A DNA stretch of 64,000 nt from an uncultured SAR86 cluster bacterium (GTDB taxonomy: Bacteria > Pseudomonadota > Gammaproteobacteria > Magnimaribacterales > D2472), in the NCBI GenBank assembly GCA_902605165.1, contig CACLBJ010000004.1, forward strand, positions 33,874-97,873, read 5' to 3'. Below the pieces are notes generated by a model. It did not search any database, was not told the DNA's origin, and saw only the letters and a list, made by a program, of their open reading frames with translations. Shown piece after piece: positions 39,263 to 49,923 of the stretch (its first letter is position 1; every line of letters starts with the position of its first letter). The position numbers and the translations under genes were made by a program.

Positions 39263-40171
39263 ATGATCGATTCAATTTATAACAAAATAGGTAGTTATAG
39301 TAAAAATGGTGATATTTTTACGAGAAACATTGGTTATAAATTAAGAAAAACTATTAGATTAAGTGATTTATATAAGAGAAAGATACCATCATCCATCCTT
39401 GAAAATGATTATGGAATTAATCTAAAAGATAGTAAAGGATATTGTTCTTTGGACGGTTTAAAATATTTAGAGCATACTCAGGACATTATTGACATTACTA
39501 AAAGAGAATTTTCTAATCTCGACGTAGAGTCAATTGATTGGAAAGATAAAGATCAATTGTATACTGGTGTTTTAAATGATTATTTTATAGATAGTAACTC
39601 TCCTTTCTTGAAGTTTGTGTTACAGGAAGAGTTAATATTTCCAATAATAAAATACTGTGGATTTATTCCTGTTTTATCGTATATTGGTGGATGGTATTCA
39701 CCTGGAAAAAAGACAGAATATTCAAATAGTCAATTATTTCATTGTGACCAGGCTGATATTCGTCAGGTTAAGGTTTTTGTAAACTGCAGTGAAATTTCTG
39801 AAATAGATGGCCCTGTGAATCTTATAGATGCAAAAAACTCTGAAAAAATAAAGGCTACATTAAATTACGATTACAGTGATGAGGGACAATGCTTACCAGA
39901 TAAAGTGATTGAGAAACTTATACCAAAAGACAAATGGATTCCTCAAATTGGTAAAGAGGGAACAGTTTCATTAAGTGACACAAGTAGGTGCTTTCATTTC
40001 GGCAGTCGATTATCAGACAACTCAAATGACAGATTGATGATTATGTTTCAGTTTTTATCTCCATGTGCATTTACTCTCCCAGCTAAGTTAAATCAAAAAT
40101 TACCCCTTTCAGATATAAGTGCTTCAGGATTAAATAAATTAGAAAAGCAAATCTTAGGTGTAGGGATATAG
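39263..40171 (+). CDS. Fe(II)/2-oxoglutarate dioxygenase, PhyH-like
   Basis: SQLFHCD (HxD), VKVFV...DGP, DTSRCFHFG (distal His) and downstream R. The ORF track start is 39230. Confidence 0.72.
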   Translation: MIDSIYNKIGSYSKNGDIFTRNIGYKLRKTIRLSDLYKRKIPSSILENDYGINLKDSKGYCSLDGLKYLEHTQDIIDITKREFSNLDVESIDWKDKDQLYTGVLNDYFIDSNSPFLKFVLQEELIFPIIKYCGFIPVLSYIGGWYSPGKKTEYSNSQLFHCDQADIRQVKVFVNCSEISEIDGPVNLIDAKNSEKIKATLNYDYSDEGQCLPDKVIEKLIPKDKWIPQIGKEGTVSLSDTSRCFHFGSRLSDNSNDRLMIMFQFLSPCAFTLPAKLNQKLPLSDISASGLNKLEKQILGVGI

Positions 40172-40184
40172 ACCATAACCATTA

Positions 40185-40925
40185 ATGCATTTCCAATCTT
40201 CAAATTATTATTTAAAGATTTTTTCTCATTACAAAGTAGCTAGATTTTATTTTGGTAATTTTATAAGATTTTTAAGTAAGAAAAAATTTCAAAAATCTAT
40301 TAGTCCCTCAGAGGCTGTAACAATATTTGGAGAAAATTTTTCTAAGCATGGTAATCATTTTATTATTAATTTTTTAAATGAGTATTCTTTAAATAATAAA
40401 ATTGATTACATTGAAAGTTCACTTGGAAAGTTCCATAAACAATTTTGTCCAAAGACTACTGAAGAAGCCTTGGGAGTTTCAACTAAAGGAAATGGATTGA
40501 GATTATTCAATTATCCTTGGGGAGTGTTTGGGCGACAAAGATCTATAAAGAGAAAAGACCCAAGAAATTCTAGATTCTGCGGACCAAGCACTGAAAAATT
40601 CATTATCGATGAAGCCAAAAGTATTATTAAATTATATGTAAAAATCAAAAAAGATGGTTATCAGCCGACAAAATATCCTAATTCATTTATTCAAGGTGTT
40701 TGGATGATAAAAAAAAATGGAGAAAAAAGATTTGTAGTGCTTCAAGGAAATCATAGAATGGCTGTTCTATCTTATTTGGGATACAAAAGCATTGATGTTA
40801 GATGTGATATGTTCCCAAACAAATATATTAAAGAAAAAGATTTAAATAGTTGGGTTAATGTCAAATTAAATAATGTATCATCTGAAAAAGCTTTGGAGAT
40901 ATTTAATTCATTTTTTAAGTATTGA
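40185..40925 (+). CDS. Hypothetical protein with ParB/sulfiredoxin-like motif
   Basis: KIKKDGYQP...FVVLQGNHRMAVLSYLG matches the ParB/Srx GxxRxxA arginine patch. No HTH is evident. Confidence 0.55.
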   Translation: MHFQSSNYYLKIFSHYKVARFYFGNFIRFLSKKKFQKSISPSEAVTIFGENFSKHGNHFIINFLNEYSLNNKIDYIESSLGKFHKQFCPKTTEEALGVSTKGNGLRLFNYPWGVFGRQRSIKRKDPRNSRFCGPSTEKFIIDEAKSIIKLYVKIKKDGYQPTKYPNSFIQGVWMIKKNGEKRFVVLQGNHRMAVLSYLGYKSIDVRCDMFPNKYIKEKDLNSWVNVKLNNVSSEKALEIFNSFFKY

Positions 40926-42274
40926 ATCAAATGAAAGTCACTTCAAATATATATATATGGACATATCTTTTCCTAGCTTTCTTTGGTATTGGATTTCTAG
41001 CTTTACCAGGTGGAGCAATGCTCCAAAAAATATCAATTTCAGCACTATGTATATTAATTCTATTGGCTCAAGGATTAAAAATTAAATTACCTCATGGGCT
41101 TAAAAAATATTTTCTAATATTAATTATTTTGACAATCTTTAGCGCCATATCTTCTCTTGTTTACTCTAATTCAATCATGTTTATGATTCTTGTTACACAA
41201 AAATATTTATTTTTAATCGTTTCTTTTATAGCCGCTTCTCAAATATTCTCAATACTTAAAAATAAAAATTTCAAAACTCTAGATAAAATTATTGTAACCC
41301 TTGTGATAACTCAATTTATTTTTGTAATACTAAAATTTAGTATATTAGGTGAAATTCAAGAAGGATTCTTAATTGGTTCAATGAGTCATAATGCTGGTCA
41401 GTTAGGATTTTTGTTTCCTGCAATTATGATTCCAATTGTGCTACTACGCTTTTTTAATAAAAATATTAAATTAGCAATAATACTTATTACCATGCTAATT
41501 TTATTTGCAATCTTAAATGAAAAGCGCGCTATTTTTTACTTGGGACCTTTAATAATATTTTTCTCATTAATTAGCTTTCTCACTATAAAACTGTCTTTAT
41601 CAAACCTATTAAAGTCAAGTGCCGTATTTTTATTAGGGTTATTTTTTTTGAGTTATTTTACATCAAATATTGATAGTCTTTCCGGCGAAGAAGGCAGTAT
41701 AGAAACCTCAGGTAATCAAATTGAATATTTAATAGATTATGGAATTGCTTATCTTACGATGGATTATGGTGGCGATCTTCAGAGCGATTATGCACAGGCC
41801 ATTTTTGATAGAAATACACAATTAGGTAGAGTTATTTTATGGATTAGAGGCTTAGATCTATATTTTTCTTCAAATATTTATTATCAAATTTTTGGCCATG
41901 GTTTTGGTTACATCACTCCTTCTGAATATATAAATCCTAAAGATATTATCTTTCAAAAACTAGGTTTTAGAGGAGCAATCAGCGGGGCTTTAATGAATAT
42001 AATTGAAGGGGGGTTAATAAGCTTTACTTTATATAGTTTCTTAGTCTTAATGCCGTTAACTCATCTATATAAGCGATATCAAGATACAAAAAGTAATCTA
42101 AATCGTTCTTCAATAAAAAGGATTAAGATTTTAACTATTGTACAATTTGTTTTTATTTTTGATTTCTTTTTTTATTCCACCATTTTGTTTTCTACAAGCC
42201 CTTTACCTCTTCTATATTTTATCCAACTTTTTTTTATATACATGCCTGATGATAAATCAATAAATGCAACATGA
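40922..42274 (+). CDS. wzy: Putative O-antigen polymerase
   Basis: Very hydrophobic multi-TM protein with NEKRA, a large periplasmic loop and IFGHGFG. Located among the glycosyltransferases. Confidence 0.7.
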   Translation: MNQMKVTSNIYIWTYLFLAFFGIGFLALPGGAMLQKISISALCILILLAQGLKIKLPHGLKKYFLILIILTIFSAISSLVYSNSIMFMILVTQKYLFLIVSFIAASQIFSILKNKNFKTLDKIIVTLVITQFIFVILKFSILGEIQEGFLIGSMSHNAGQLGFLFPAIMIPIVLLRFFNKNIKLAIILITMLILFAILNEKRAIFYLGPLIIFFSLISFLTIKLSLSNLLKSSAVFLLGLFFLSYFTSNIDSLSGEEGSIETSGNQIEYLIDYGIAYLTMDYGGDLQSDYAQAIFDRNTQLGRVILWIRGLDLYFSSNIYYQIFGHGFGYITPSEYINPKDIIFQKLGFRGAISGALMNIIEGGLISFTLYSFLVLMPLTHLYKRYQDTKSNLNRSSIKRIKILTIVQFVFIFDFFFYSTILFSTSPLPLLYFIQLFFIYMPDDKSINAT

Positions 42275-43401
42275 AGAATATTAAAGAAATATTGGAACTT
42301 GCCAATCATTTCCTAGACCAGCTTGAAACTAAAAATGGTTATAAGTTATTTATAAGGTCAGATTGTTCACCCTATGCCAGATGCTTTGTTATTTTTACAA
42401 AATCTTTATTGAAAGATAATTTATGGCTAGACTCTCGCAAGACTCGCTTAATTAGTGATCTTAATGATGATCTATATGACTTTTATAATATACAGTTAGG
42501 TAAAACTATTGATATCAAATTTGATAAACCATTTCTACAACTTTTTTGCTTTACTTTAAGTGCTCTCAATATTTTAAATGGCTCCTTAAGTAAAAAAAAT
42601 TTAAAAATTTTAGAATTTTTCTTAAATCTTAAAGTTGAGGAATTAATGATTGCTCGTTCAGTAAATTTAGGATTGCCCGGAAGCGGTAATTATTCTATGT
42701 TTTTAGCTGTTTTAAATATTTATGCTCAAGAAAAATTGGATGAAGATAGGTCTTTGGAGATAAAAAAATGGCTCAAATTTAATTTGAATTCTGTAAATGA
42801 TAACGGCTTCTGGGGCAATTTTCCTAAAATAAATCATCTACAGTTTCAAAACGGTTATCATCAATACGAAATCTTTGAATATTTAGCTTTCCACAAGGCG
42901 CCATGGAACCAGGCTGCAAAAAGCACTTTAACACTAGCAGATCAGATTGGACATTTTTCTCCATATCCTGGAGGTGGAGGTTGTTATGATTTTGATGCAA
43001 TTTTTCTTTTGACTAGTGATTTCGTTGATGATATTGGTCAAAATATGATTTTAAATAAAAGCCTTGGGACAATTATTTCTGAGCAGAATAAAGATGGCGG
43101 ATTTTGCGAATCTAAACTTCTGAGGAATCATAATAATTGGCCTAGACTTCTTTCACTAGTTTCTCATATTCACAGTCAGCCATCTCATCTTAAACTTTCT
43201 TCTTTAAGAATTGGCCTTAATTTATTTCGTTTTAAGCATAAGACAGTTTCTACACATTGGACCTCAATTGATAGAAAGTGGAATGAGTCAAATGCTTGGG
43301 ATACATTTTTTCGTCTTTCAGCAATTTTTAGAATTTATAGTTATTTAGGTTTACCAGAAAAAGAATTGTTCAAAGTGAATCACTTTCCTGGCATTGGATA
43401 A
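42271..43401 (+). CDS. Hypothetical alpha/alpha-toroid protein (prenyltransferase/squalene-cyclase repeat-like)
   Basis: QW-like repeats VNDNGFWG and EQNKDGGF, plus PGGGGCYDFDA and AWDTFFRL. Confidence 0.5.
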   Translation: MKNIKEILELANHFLDQLETKNGYKLFIRSDCSPYARCFVIFTKSLLKDNLWLDSRKTRLISDLNDDLYDFYNIQLGKTIDIKFDKPFLQLFCFTLSALNILNGSLSKKNLKILEFFLNLKVEELMIARSVNLGLPGSGNYSMFLAVLNIYAQEKLDEDRSLEIKKWLKFNLNSVNDNGFWGNFPKINHLQFQNGYHQYEIFEYLAFHKAPWNQAAKSTLTLADQIGHFSPYPGGGGCYDFDAIFLLTSDFVDDIGQNMILNKSLGTIISEQNKDGGFCESKLLRNHNNWPRLLSLVSHIHSQPSHLKLSSLRIGLNLFRFKHKTVSTHWTSIDRKWNESNAWDTFFRLSAIFRIYSYLGLPEKELFKVNHFPGIG

Positions 43402-43410
43402 ACTTAAATC

Positions 43411-44574
43411 ATGAAAAAACTTCTGTATATTTCACCATCCTCATTTCCTTCACAAGCAGCTAATTCAACTCATGTATTATTGCAAACTGAGGCATTGTCA
43501 AAGATATATTCAGAGGTAAGAGTCATAGGACTATCTTCAACGAATGAGAAGATATCCAAAATTTATAATAGATTACAAAAACATTATTCAATAGATTTAA
43601 AGAAAATACAGTTTTCTTTATGCAAAAGCCTTGGTGGATATGCAGAAACACTTACAATTGCAATCTTCTCTATATGGTTTGTTCTATCACTAAGAGATCA
43701 TCAGATTATTACAAGAAATTTATATGCAGCATTTTTTATAATCTTTTTAAGAAACGACCGCTTTATATATGAAACTCATACTGTAGAGACTGGATTTAGA
43801 AAATATATACAAAAATTTATTATTAAATCCAGTAAAGTAAAAGTTGTTGTAATATCTGATAGCCTCAAAAAATTATTATTAAGAAGATATCAAATTGATC
43901 AAGATAATTTTTATATTCTTCATGATGCTGCCCGATCAGGACTTTCAACAAAATTAAATAAAAATGATATCCCACCAGAATTATTATCAAAATATGAATA
44001 TAAAATAGGGTATTTTGGTTCTCTTTTACCTGGACGAGGAATCGATATTATAGAAGAAATTGCAAAAATATTTCCAAGTTCATTATTTTTGATTTATGGA
44101 CCAAAAAATCAGAATACTGAATTTGAAAATCGAGCAATTAAGCCCGGTTCAAATATTTATTTTGGTGGTTTTCTGAGGCATGCTGAAATCCATAATACAA
44201 TGCTGGCATGTGATATTTTACTTATGCCATATCAGGAAAAGGTCTTCATAGATATGAAAGGAACTGATACTTCAAAATGGATGTCGCCAATGAAAATGTT
44301 TGAATATATGGCAACAGGCAAGCCGATTATTTCCTCAGATCTGCCCGTTCTTCGAGAGGTTTTGAAAGATGGCGAAAATGCTATCTTAACAAATCCCTCT
44401 GAGGTATTAAGTTGGGAGGAATCAATTCTAAAAGTTATTAACAATCCATCAATGGCTTCATTGATTGGCAAAAATGCAAGAGAGAAATATATTCAAAAAT
44501 ATAATTGGGATGAAAGAGCAAAAAAATTATCACATATCCTTAGTGCTAAAAAAACAAATCAATTTAGAAAATGA
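43411..44574 (+). CDS. Glycosyltransferase family 4
   Basis: YFGSLLPGRG and SPMKMFEYMATGKPIISSDLP. Confidence 0.9.
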   Translation: MKKLLYISPSSFPSQAANSTHVLLQTEALSKIYSEVRVIGLSSTNEKISKIYNRLQKHYSIDLKKIQFSLCKSLGGYAETLTIAIFSIWFVLSLRDHQIITRNLYAAFFIIFLRNDRFIYETHTVETGFRKYIQKFIIKSSKVKVVVISDSLKKLLLRRYQIDQDNFYILHDAARSGLSTKLNKNDIPPELLSKYEYKIGYFGSLLPGRGIDIIEEIAKIFPSSLFLIYGPKNQNTEFENRAIKPGSNIYFGGFLRHAEIHNTMLACDILLMPYQEKVFIDMKGTDTSKWMSPMKMFEYMATGKPIISSDLPVLREVLKDGENAILTNPSEVLSWEESILKVINNPSMASLIGKNAREKYIQKYNWDERAKKLSHILSAKKTNQFRK

Positions 44575-45641
44575 AAAATATTATAGTTATTGTCCCAAGC
44601 TTAAGCCCTACAGGACCGATAAAAGGAGCAATCGGATTAGTAAATGGTTTAGATGAGCTTGGAGTAAGTGTTACTCTCATTTCTCTGAAGAAAGGTCCTG
44701 GCTCTAATTGTAAAATATCTAAAAATGTAAATATTTTTGAACTTGGCTGTAATTCAAACTTATCAATCATATACATGCTTTATAAAATAAAAAAGATAGT
44801 TAATAAGTATGAAGACTCAAAAAACATAGCAATTATTTCACAAGGATTCTCAGCGGATCTTGTTAATCTTTTATTAAGAGTAAGTTGCAAAAAGATAGCC
44901 AGCATTAGGGGAGACCTAAAGATAAATTATTCCTTAACTTATGGGTATCTTGGAGAAATTCTAGCAAATTTACACTATTTTATTTTGAAATATTTTGATG
45001 CAAATTTTGCTTTAAACGAAGAGATGAAAATGAAATTGATTAAAAATAAGGATGATAAAGTAGAAATCATTCCTAATTTCTTAAATGAAATAGACTATGA
45101 AAATATATCTAAAGTTACAAATCTTTCTCCTAAGAAAAATATAATATTTGTTGGTTCAATTTGTGAGAGAAAGCAGCCTTTCTTGCTCTTAAAAACTGTA
45201 AAAAAATTACTTAAAAAGGGGCTTAATATTAATTTAATTTTTATAGGGGATGGGCCGTTAAAAGATAATTTAATTAGCGAGGTAAAGGAAACTGATAATG
45301 AAAACATAAAAATACTAGGCTTCAAGAAATCTCCTATAAACTATGTTGCTAAATCAGATATTCTTGTCTTGCCCTCATTATCTGAAGGTACTCCTAGGGC
45401 CGTTATGGAAGCTTTATATATTGGGGTGCCTTGCGTAATGAGGAATCTGTCAACAAATGATGCACTTGTGGTGAATGGTATTAATGGTTGTCTTTTTAAT
45501 CATGACAGTGAGCTTGAGGATGCAATTATTAAATGCTTAAAAATTTCGGATGACCTAAGGAAAGAAAATAACTTATTAAGCAAACAATTCTCTCAAGAAT
45601 ATTGCTGTAATGAAACATTGAGATATCTTAGGAATTTATAA
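44571..45641 (+). CDS. Glycosyltransferase family 4
   Basis: FVGSICERKQP, IGDGP, LPSLSEGTPRAVMEAL. Confidence 0.9.
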   Translation: MKNIIVIVPSLSPTGPIKGAIGLVNGLDELGVSVTLISLKKGPGSNCKISKNVNIFELGCNSNLSIIYMLYKIKKIVNKYEDSKNIAIISQGFSADLVNLLLRVSCKKIASIRGDLKINYSLTYGYLGEILANLHYFILKYFDANFALNEEMKMKLIKNKDDKVEIIPNFLNEIDYENISKVTNLSPKKNIIFVGSICERKQPFLLLKTVKKLLKKGLNINLIFIGDGPLKDNLISEVKETDNENIKILGFKKSPINYVAKSDILVLPSLSEGTPRAVMEALYIGVPCVMRNLSTNDALVVNGINGCLFNHDSELEDAIIKCLKISDDLRKENNLLSKQFSQEYCCNETLRYLRNL

Positions 45642-45727
45642 TATATAAAATTACAAACTATTTTTTAGTCAAATATTATTTAATTAATAGGATAATATAA
45701 AATAACAAAAACAATAAAAGGCCTAGT

Positions 45728-46561
45728 TTGATAAATATATCAATAGTTACATATTTTACGCCAATCAATGATGTCATCAATGCTGTTAAAACATGCTCTG
45801 ACAGTGAAGTATCAAATGCAATTTTTATAATAGATAACTCTAGTAAAGATATACTAAGTAACCAACTTAAAAGTTTTGAAAAGGTTAATTATATACATAA
45901 CCCATCAAATCCAGGATATGGCGCTGCTCATAATATAGCTATAAGAAAATCTCTTGCTGATAATATTGAATATCATTTAGTTTTAAATGCTGACGTGATT
46001 TTTGATTCTAAAATGCTAGAGTTGATGCTTGAGTACGCAAAAAAAAATAAAAATATTGGTATTTTGGCTCCAAAGCAGTTCTATGAAGATGGCTCTATCT
46101 ATTGCAGCAGGAAACTTTTACCAACACCAAAAGATATGTTTTTTAGGGCTTTTTTGACAAAATTCATAAAAACAAAATCAAATGACATTTTTCAACTAGA
46201 AAAATTTGGATATGAGACTGATATTAAAGTTCCCTATGTCTCAGGAGCATTTATGTTTATAAATACAAGTGCTTTATTGGATGTGGGCTTGTTTGATGAG
46301 CGTTTTTTTATGTATCCTGAAGATATTGATATAAGCAGACGAATTGCTGAGATTTATGATGTACTATTTTGTCCAAAGTTTACAATAATCCATAAACATG
46401 GAGCAGCAAGCAAAAAAAGTTTTAAAATGTTTTTAATACATACATACAATATGATTTTATACTTTAATAAGTGGGGTTGGGTTTTAGATAAAGGTCGAAG
46501 TAATCTAAATAAACTTACTCTTAATCAAGACCATTCTCTTAAACAAGCTAAGAATTTATGA
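45728..46561 (+). CDS. Glycosyltransferase family 2, probable rhamnosyltransferase (WbbL-like)
   Basis: [38 protein letters not shown]. Directly upstream of the rml genes. Confidence 0.82.
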   Translation: MINISIVTYFTPINDVINAVKTCSDSEVSNAIFIIDNSSKDILSNQLKSFEKVNYIHNPSNPGYGAAHNIAIRKSLADNIEYHLVLNADVIFDSKMLELMLEYAKKNKNIGILAPKQFYEDGSIYCSRKLLPTPKDMFFRAFLTKFIKTKSNDIFQLEKFGYETDIKVPYVSGAFMFINTSALLDVGLFDERFFMYPEDIDISRRIAEIYDVLFCPKFTIIHKHGAASKKSFKMFLIHTYNMILYFNKWGWVLDKGRSNLNKLTLNQDHSLKQAKNL

Positions 46562-47616
46562 AATTATTGATTACTGGCGGTGCTGGTTTTATTGGAAGTG
46601 CAGTCGTAAGAGAGGCGCTTATGAATCAAGGATATAAGGTGATTAATGTTGATTGTCTTACTTATGCGGGAAACCTAAATTCGCTATCCAGTTGCAGCGA
46701 CCATCCAAATTACTCATTTGAGAAGGTTAATATATGCGATTCGAGTGCTCTCAAGAAAGTCTTTAATGAACACAAGCCAGATGCAATTATGCATCTAGCG
46801 GCTGAGAGCCATGTAGACCGTTCAATAGACTCTCCAGCAAAATTTATTAATACAAATATTATCGGGACATATACTTTATTAGAGGTTGCAAGGAATTATT
46901 TTGATAAACTTATGAGAAATAAAAAAAGTAAATTTCGTTTTCATCATATTTCAACAGATGAGGTTTATGGTGATTTAGTTCGTAGTAAAGATCCTTTTAC
47001 CGAGCAAACAGCTTATTCACCATCTTCACCTTATTCTGCAAGCAAAGCAGCATCCGATCACTTAGTTCGCTCTTGGGGACGCACCTATGGGCTGCCAATC
47101 GTTGTAAGTAATTGCTCTAATAATTATGGCCCGTTTCATTTTCCTGAAAAGCTAATTCCGCATGTTATTCTTAATGCTATTCATGGGAGAAGTCTGCCTA
47201 TTTATGGCGACGGTATGCAGATACGCGATTGGCTTTATGTAGAAGATCATGCAAAAGCTTTATTAAAGGTTGTAACTGAAGGGAGAATTGGAGAGACCTA
47301 CAATATTGGTGGTCATAATGAGAAAACTAATCTTGAAGTAGTTGATGCTATATGTAATTTGCTTGAAGAGCTTGCACCCAATAAACCTTCAGGGCTAATT
47401 AACTACAAAGATTTAATAACTTTTGTTAAAGATCGTCCTGGTCATGATATGCGTTATGCGATTGATGCCTCAAAAATTGAGCGTGATCTTGGCTGGGTGC
47501 CGGATGAAACGTTTGAAACTGGTTTGCGCAAAACGGTTCAATGGTATCTAGATAACTCTGTTTGGTGGCAAAGGGTAATGTCAGGTGATTATCGTCTTGA
47601 AAGATTAGGAGAATAA
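46558..47616 (+). CDS. rmlB: dTDP-glucose 4,6-dehydratase
   Basis: [39 protein letters not shown]. Confidence 0.97.
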   Translation: MKLLITGGAGFIGSAVVREALMNQGYKVINVDCLTYAGNLNSLSSCSDHPNYSFEKVNICDSSALKKVFNEHKPDAIMHLAAESHVDRSIDSPAKFINTNIIGTYTLLEVARNYFDKLMRNKKSKFRFHHISTDEVYGDLVRSKDPFTEQTAYSPSSPYSASKAASDHLVRSWGRTYGLPIVVSNCSNNYGPFHFPEKLIPHVILNAIHGRSLPIYGDGMQIRDWLYVEDHAKALLKVVTEGRIGETYNIGGHNEKTNLEVVDAICNLLEELAPNKPSGLINYKDLITFVKDRPGHDMRYAIDASKIERDLGWVPDETFETGLRKTVQWYLDNSVWWQRVMSGDYRLERLGE

Positions 47617-47618
47617 AT

Positions 47619-48503
47619 ATGAGCAATAAATATAAAGGCATTGTTCTTGCGGGTGGCTCCGGGACCCGCTTAAACCCTATCACTAAGGGTATATCTAAAC
47701 AGTTATTGCCTGTTTACGACAAGCCAATGATTTATTATCCGATTTCTGTGCTTATGCTGTCTGGAATTAGAGAAATTTTAGTTATTTCAACTCCAGATGA
47801 TATTGCAGGCTATCAACGTTTATTAGGTGATGGCGATGACTTCGGACTCACAATTAAATACAAAATTCAACCAAGCCCTGATGGCCTTGCTCATGCATTT
47901 ATCTTAGGAGAAGAGTTTATAGGAGACAGTAATGTTGCTCTAGTTTTAGGTGACAATATATTTTATGGGCAACACTTTACAAATAATCTGAAAGCTGCTG
48001 TAGCAAGACCCTCCGGTGCCACGGTATTTGGATATCACGTTAATAACCCTGAACAATTTGGTGTTATTGAGTTTGGATCTAATGGAAAAGTTCTATCAAT
48101 AGAAGAAAAACCCTCTGTTCCTAAATCAAATTATGCAATAACAGGACTGTATTTTTATGATAACGATGTAGTTCGCATTGCTAAGACTATTGAACCATCT
48201 CATCGTGGTGAATTGGAGATTACTGATGTCAATATAGCTTACCTCTCTCGAGGAGATCTAAACGTTGAATTGCTTGGCCGAGGCTTTGCTTGGTTGGACA
48301 CTGGAACTCATGATTCTTTAATGGACGCAGGGCAGTTTGTTCAAACATTGGAACATCGGCAGGGCCTCAAAGTGGCTTGTTTGGAAGAAATAGCATTCAA
48401 TAACGGTTGGTTATCTAAGTCTGACCTCTTGACTCGAGCAGCTACTCTTAATAATACTGACTATGGCAAGTATTTGTTTAAATTAGCGGATGGTTATAAG
48501 TGA
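47619..48503 (+). CDS. rmlA: Glucose-1-phosphate thymidylyltransferase
   Basis: [42 protein letters not shown]. Confidence 0.97.
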   Translation: MSNKYKGIVLAGGSGTRLNPITKGISKQLLPVYDKPMIYYPISVLMLSGIREILVISTPDDIAGYQRLLGDGDDFGLTIKYKIQPSPDGLAHAFILGEEFIGDSNVALVLGDNIFYGQHFTNNLKAAVARPSGATVFGYHVNNPEQFGVIEFGSNGKVLSIEEKPSVPKSNYAITGLYFYDNDVVRIAKTIEPSHRGELEITDVNIAYLSRGDLNVELLGRGFAWLDTGTHDSLMDAGQFVQTLEHRQGLKVACLEEIAFNNGWLSKSDLLTRAATLNNTDYGKYLFKLADGYK

Positions 48504-49036
48504 AGGTAATAAATACGAGATTAAAAGACTCTGTAATTATAGAACCTAAGGTTTTTAGTGATGATAGAGGTTTCTTCATGGAGATATTTCAAGCTGAGAG
48601 ATACTCTCAACTCGCAAACATAAACTTACCTTTTCTTCAAGATAATTATTCTCGCTCAAAAAGGGGTGTTCTTCGTGGACTACATTTCCAGAAAACTAAA
48701 CCCCAGGGTAAGTTGGTAAGAGTAGCTAGAGGTGAGGTATATGATGTTGCTTTGGATATACGAAAAGGCTCACCAACTTTTGGCCAATGGGAAGGCGTAA
48801 TCCTTTCTGAGGAAAATAAAAGGCAGTTTTGGATACCGCCTGGCTTTGCACATGGTTTTTTGGTGATTTCTGACTATGCTGATTTTGAATATAAATGCAC
48901 TGATTACTACGATCCATCAGATGAAGGAAGTATTTTATGGAATGATCCTGATTTGGATATCCCATGGCCAATTACTGAACCTGTTTTAAGTAACAAAGAT
49001 GCTAGCGCTGAAAGGTTAGTCGATATTGAGCTATGA
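48500..49036 (+). CDS. rmlC: dTDP-4-dehydrorhamnose 3,5-epimerase
   Basis: [30 protein letters not shown]. Confidence 0.97.
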   Translation: MKVINTRLKDSVIIEPKVFSDDRGFFMEIFQAERYSQLANINLPFLQDNYSRSKRGVLRGLHFQKTKPQGKLVRVARGEVYDVALDIRKGSPTFGQWEGVILSEENKRQFWIPPGFAHGFLVISDYADFEYKCTDYYDPSDEGSILWNDPDLDIPWPITEPVLSNKDASAERLVDIEL

Positions 49037-49920
49037 AAATTCTTGTTTTAGGTAGCAAAGGTCAGCTTGGGCAGTGTCTATATGATCAGCTATCACACAC
49101 AGACCATGAAGTTTTGTATACCTCGCGATTACAAATTGATATTGCCGATTTTGAGTCAACCCAAATTAAGCTTTTACATATTGATCCTGATGCAGTAATT
49201 AATGCAACTGCTTACACAGCAGTTGATAAGGCTGAGGAAGAGCATCAAACTGCTGATCTTATAAACCATCTTGCGGTGGCTAATATTGCAAGCATATGTG
49301 ATAAGCTTGATTGTTTTTTAATACATGTATCAACAGATTATGTTTTTGATGGTAACTCTGAACTACCTTACACTGAGAGTGATCAAACTAACCCTCAATG
49401 TGTTTATGGGGATAGCAAATTAAAGGGTGAAATAGCAATACAGTCCTCAGGATGCAAATATATAATTATAAGAACGGCTTGGGTATTTAGTGAATACGGG
49501 AATAACTTTCTTAAAACAATGATGAGTTTGAGCGCTGAGCGCAATGAACTTCGCATAGTAGGAGATCAGGTTGGATGTCCCACTTATGCTCAAGACATAG
49601 CTAGAACGATTAGAGTGATCATAGAAAGTTTTAAATTAAAAAAAGTGCATTCATGTCTTTATCATTTTTCTGGTAATTTTTGTTGCTCCTGGGCTGAGTT
49701 TGCACAAAATATTTTTGATGAAGCTTTGAAGCTTGATGTTATTGCAAGTAAACCTAATGTTATTGCGATAAGCACAAAAGAATTCCCTACTCAAGCCAAG
49801 CGTCCTTCAAGGTCTGAACTGAGTTCAAAAAATATTAGTTACGCATTTGGCATTAAGCCATCAGACTATACTCTAGGTATTCGATCGTCACTTATGGCTA
49901 TCAAAAATAAAACATATTAA
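49033..49920 (+). CDS. rmlD: dTDP-4-dehydrorhamnose reductase
   Basis: GSKGQLG, AYTAVDKAE, STDYVFDG, YGDSKLKGE, DQVGCPT. Confidence 0.96.
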   Translation: MKILVLGSKGQLGQCLYDQLSHTDHEVLYTSRLQIDIADFESTQIKLLHIDPDAVINATAYTAVDKAEEEHQTADLINHLAVANIASICDKLDCFLIHVSTDYVFDGNSELPYTESDQTNPQCVYGDSKLKGEIAIQSSGCKYIIIRTAWVFSEYGNNFLKTMMSLSAERNELRIVGDQVGCPTYAQDIARTIRVIIESFKLKKVHSCLYHFSGNFCCSWAEFAQNIFDEALKLDVIASKPNVIAISTKEFPTQAKRPSRSELSSKNISYAFGIKPSDYTLGIRSSLMAIKNKTY

Positions 49921-49923
49921 AAA

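Noticed and set aside
24336-46561. Poly-A/T tracts as phase-variation switches in glycan genes
   Set aside because: Runs of similar length occur in housekeeping genes of this AT-rich sequence, and all island ORFs appear intact.
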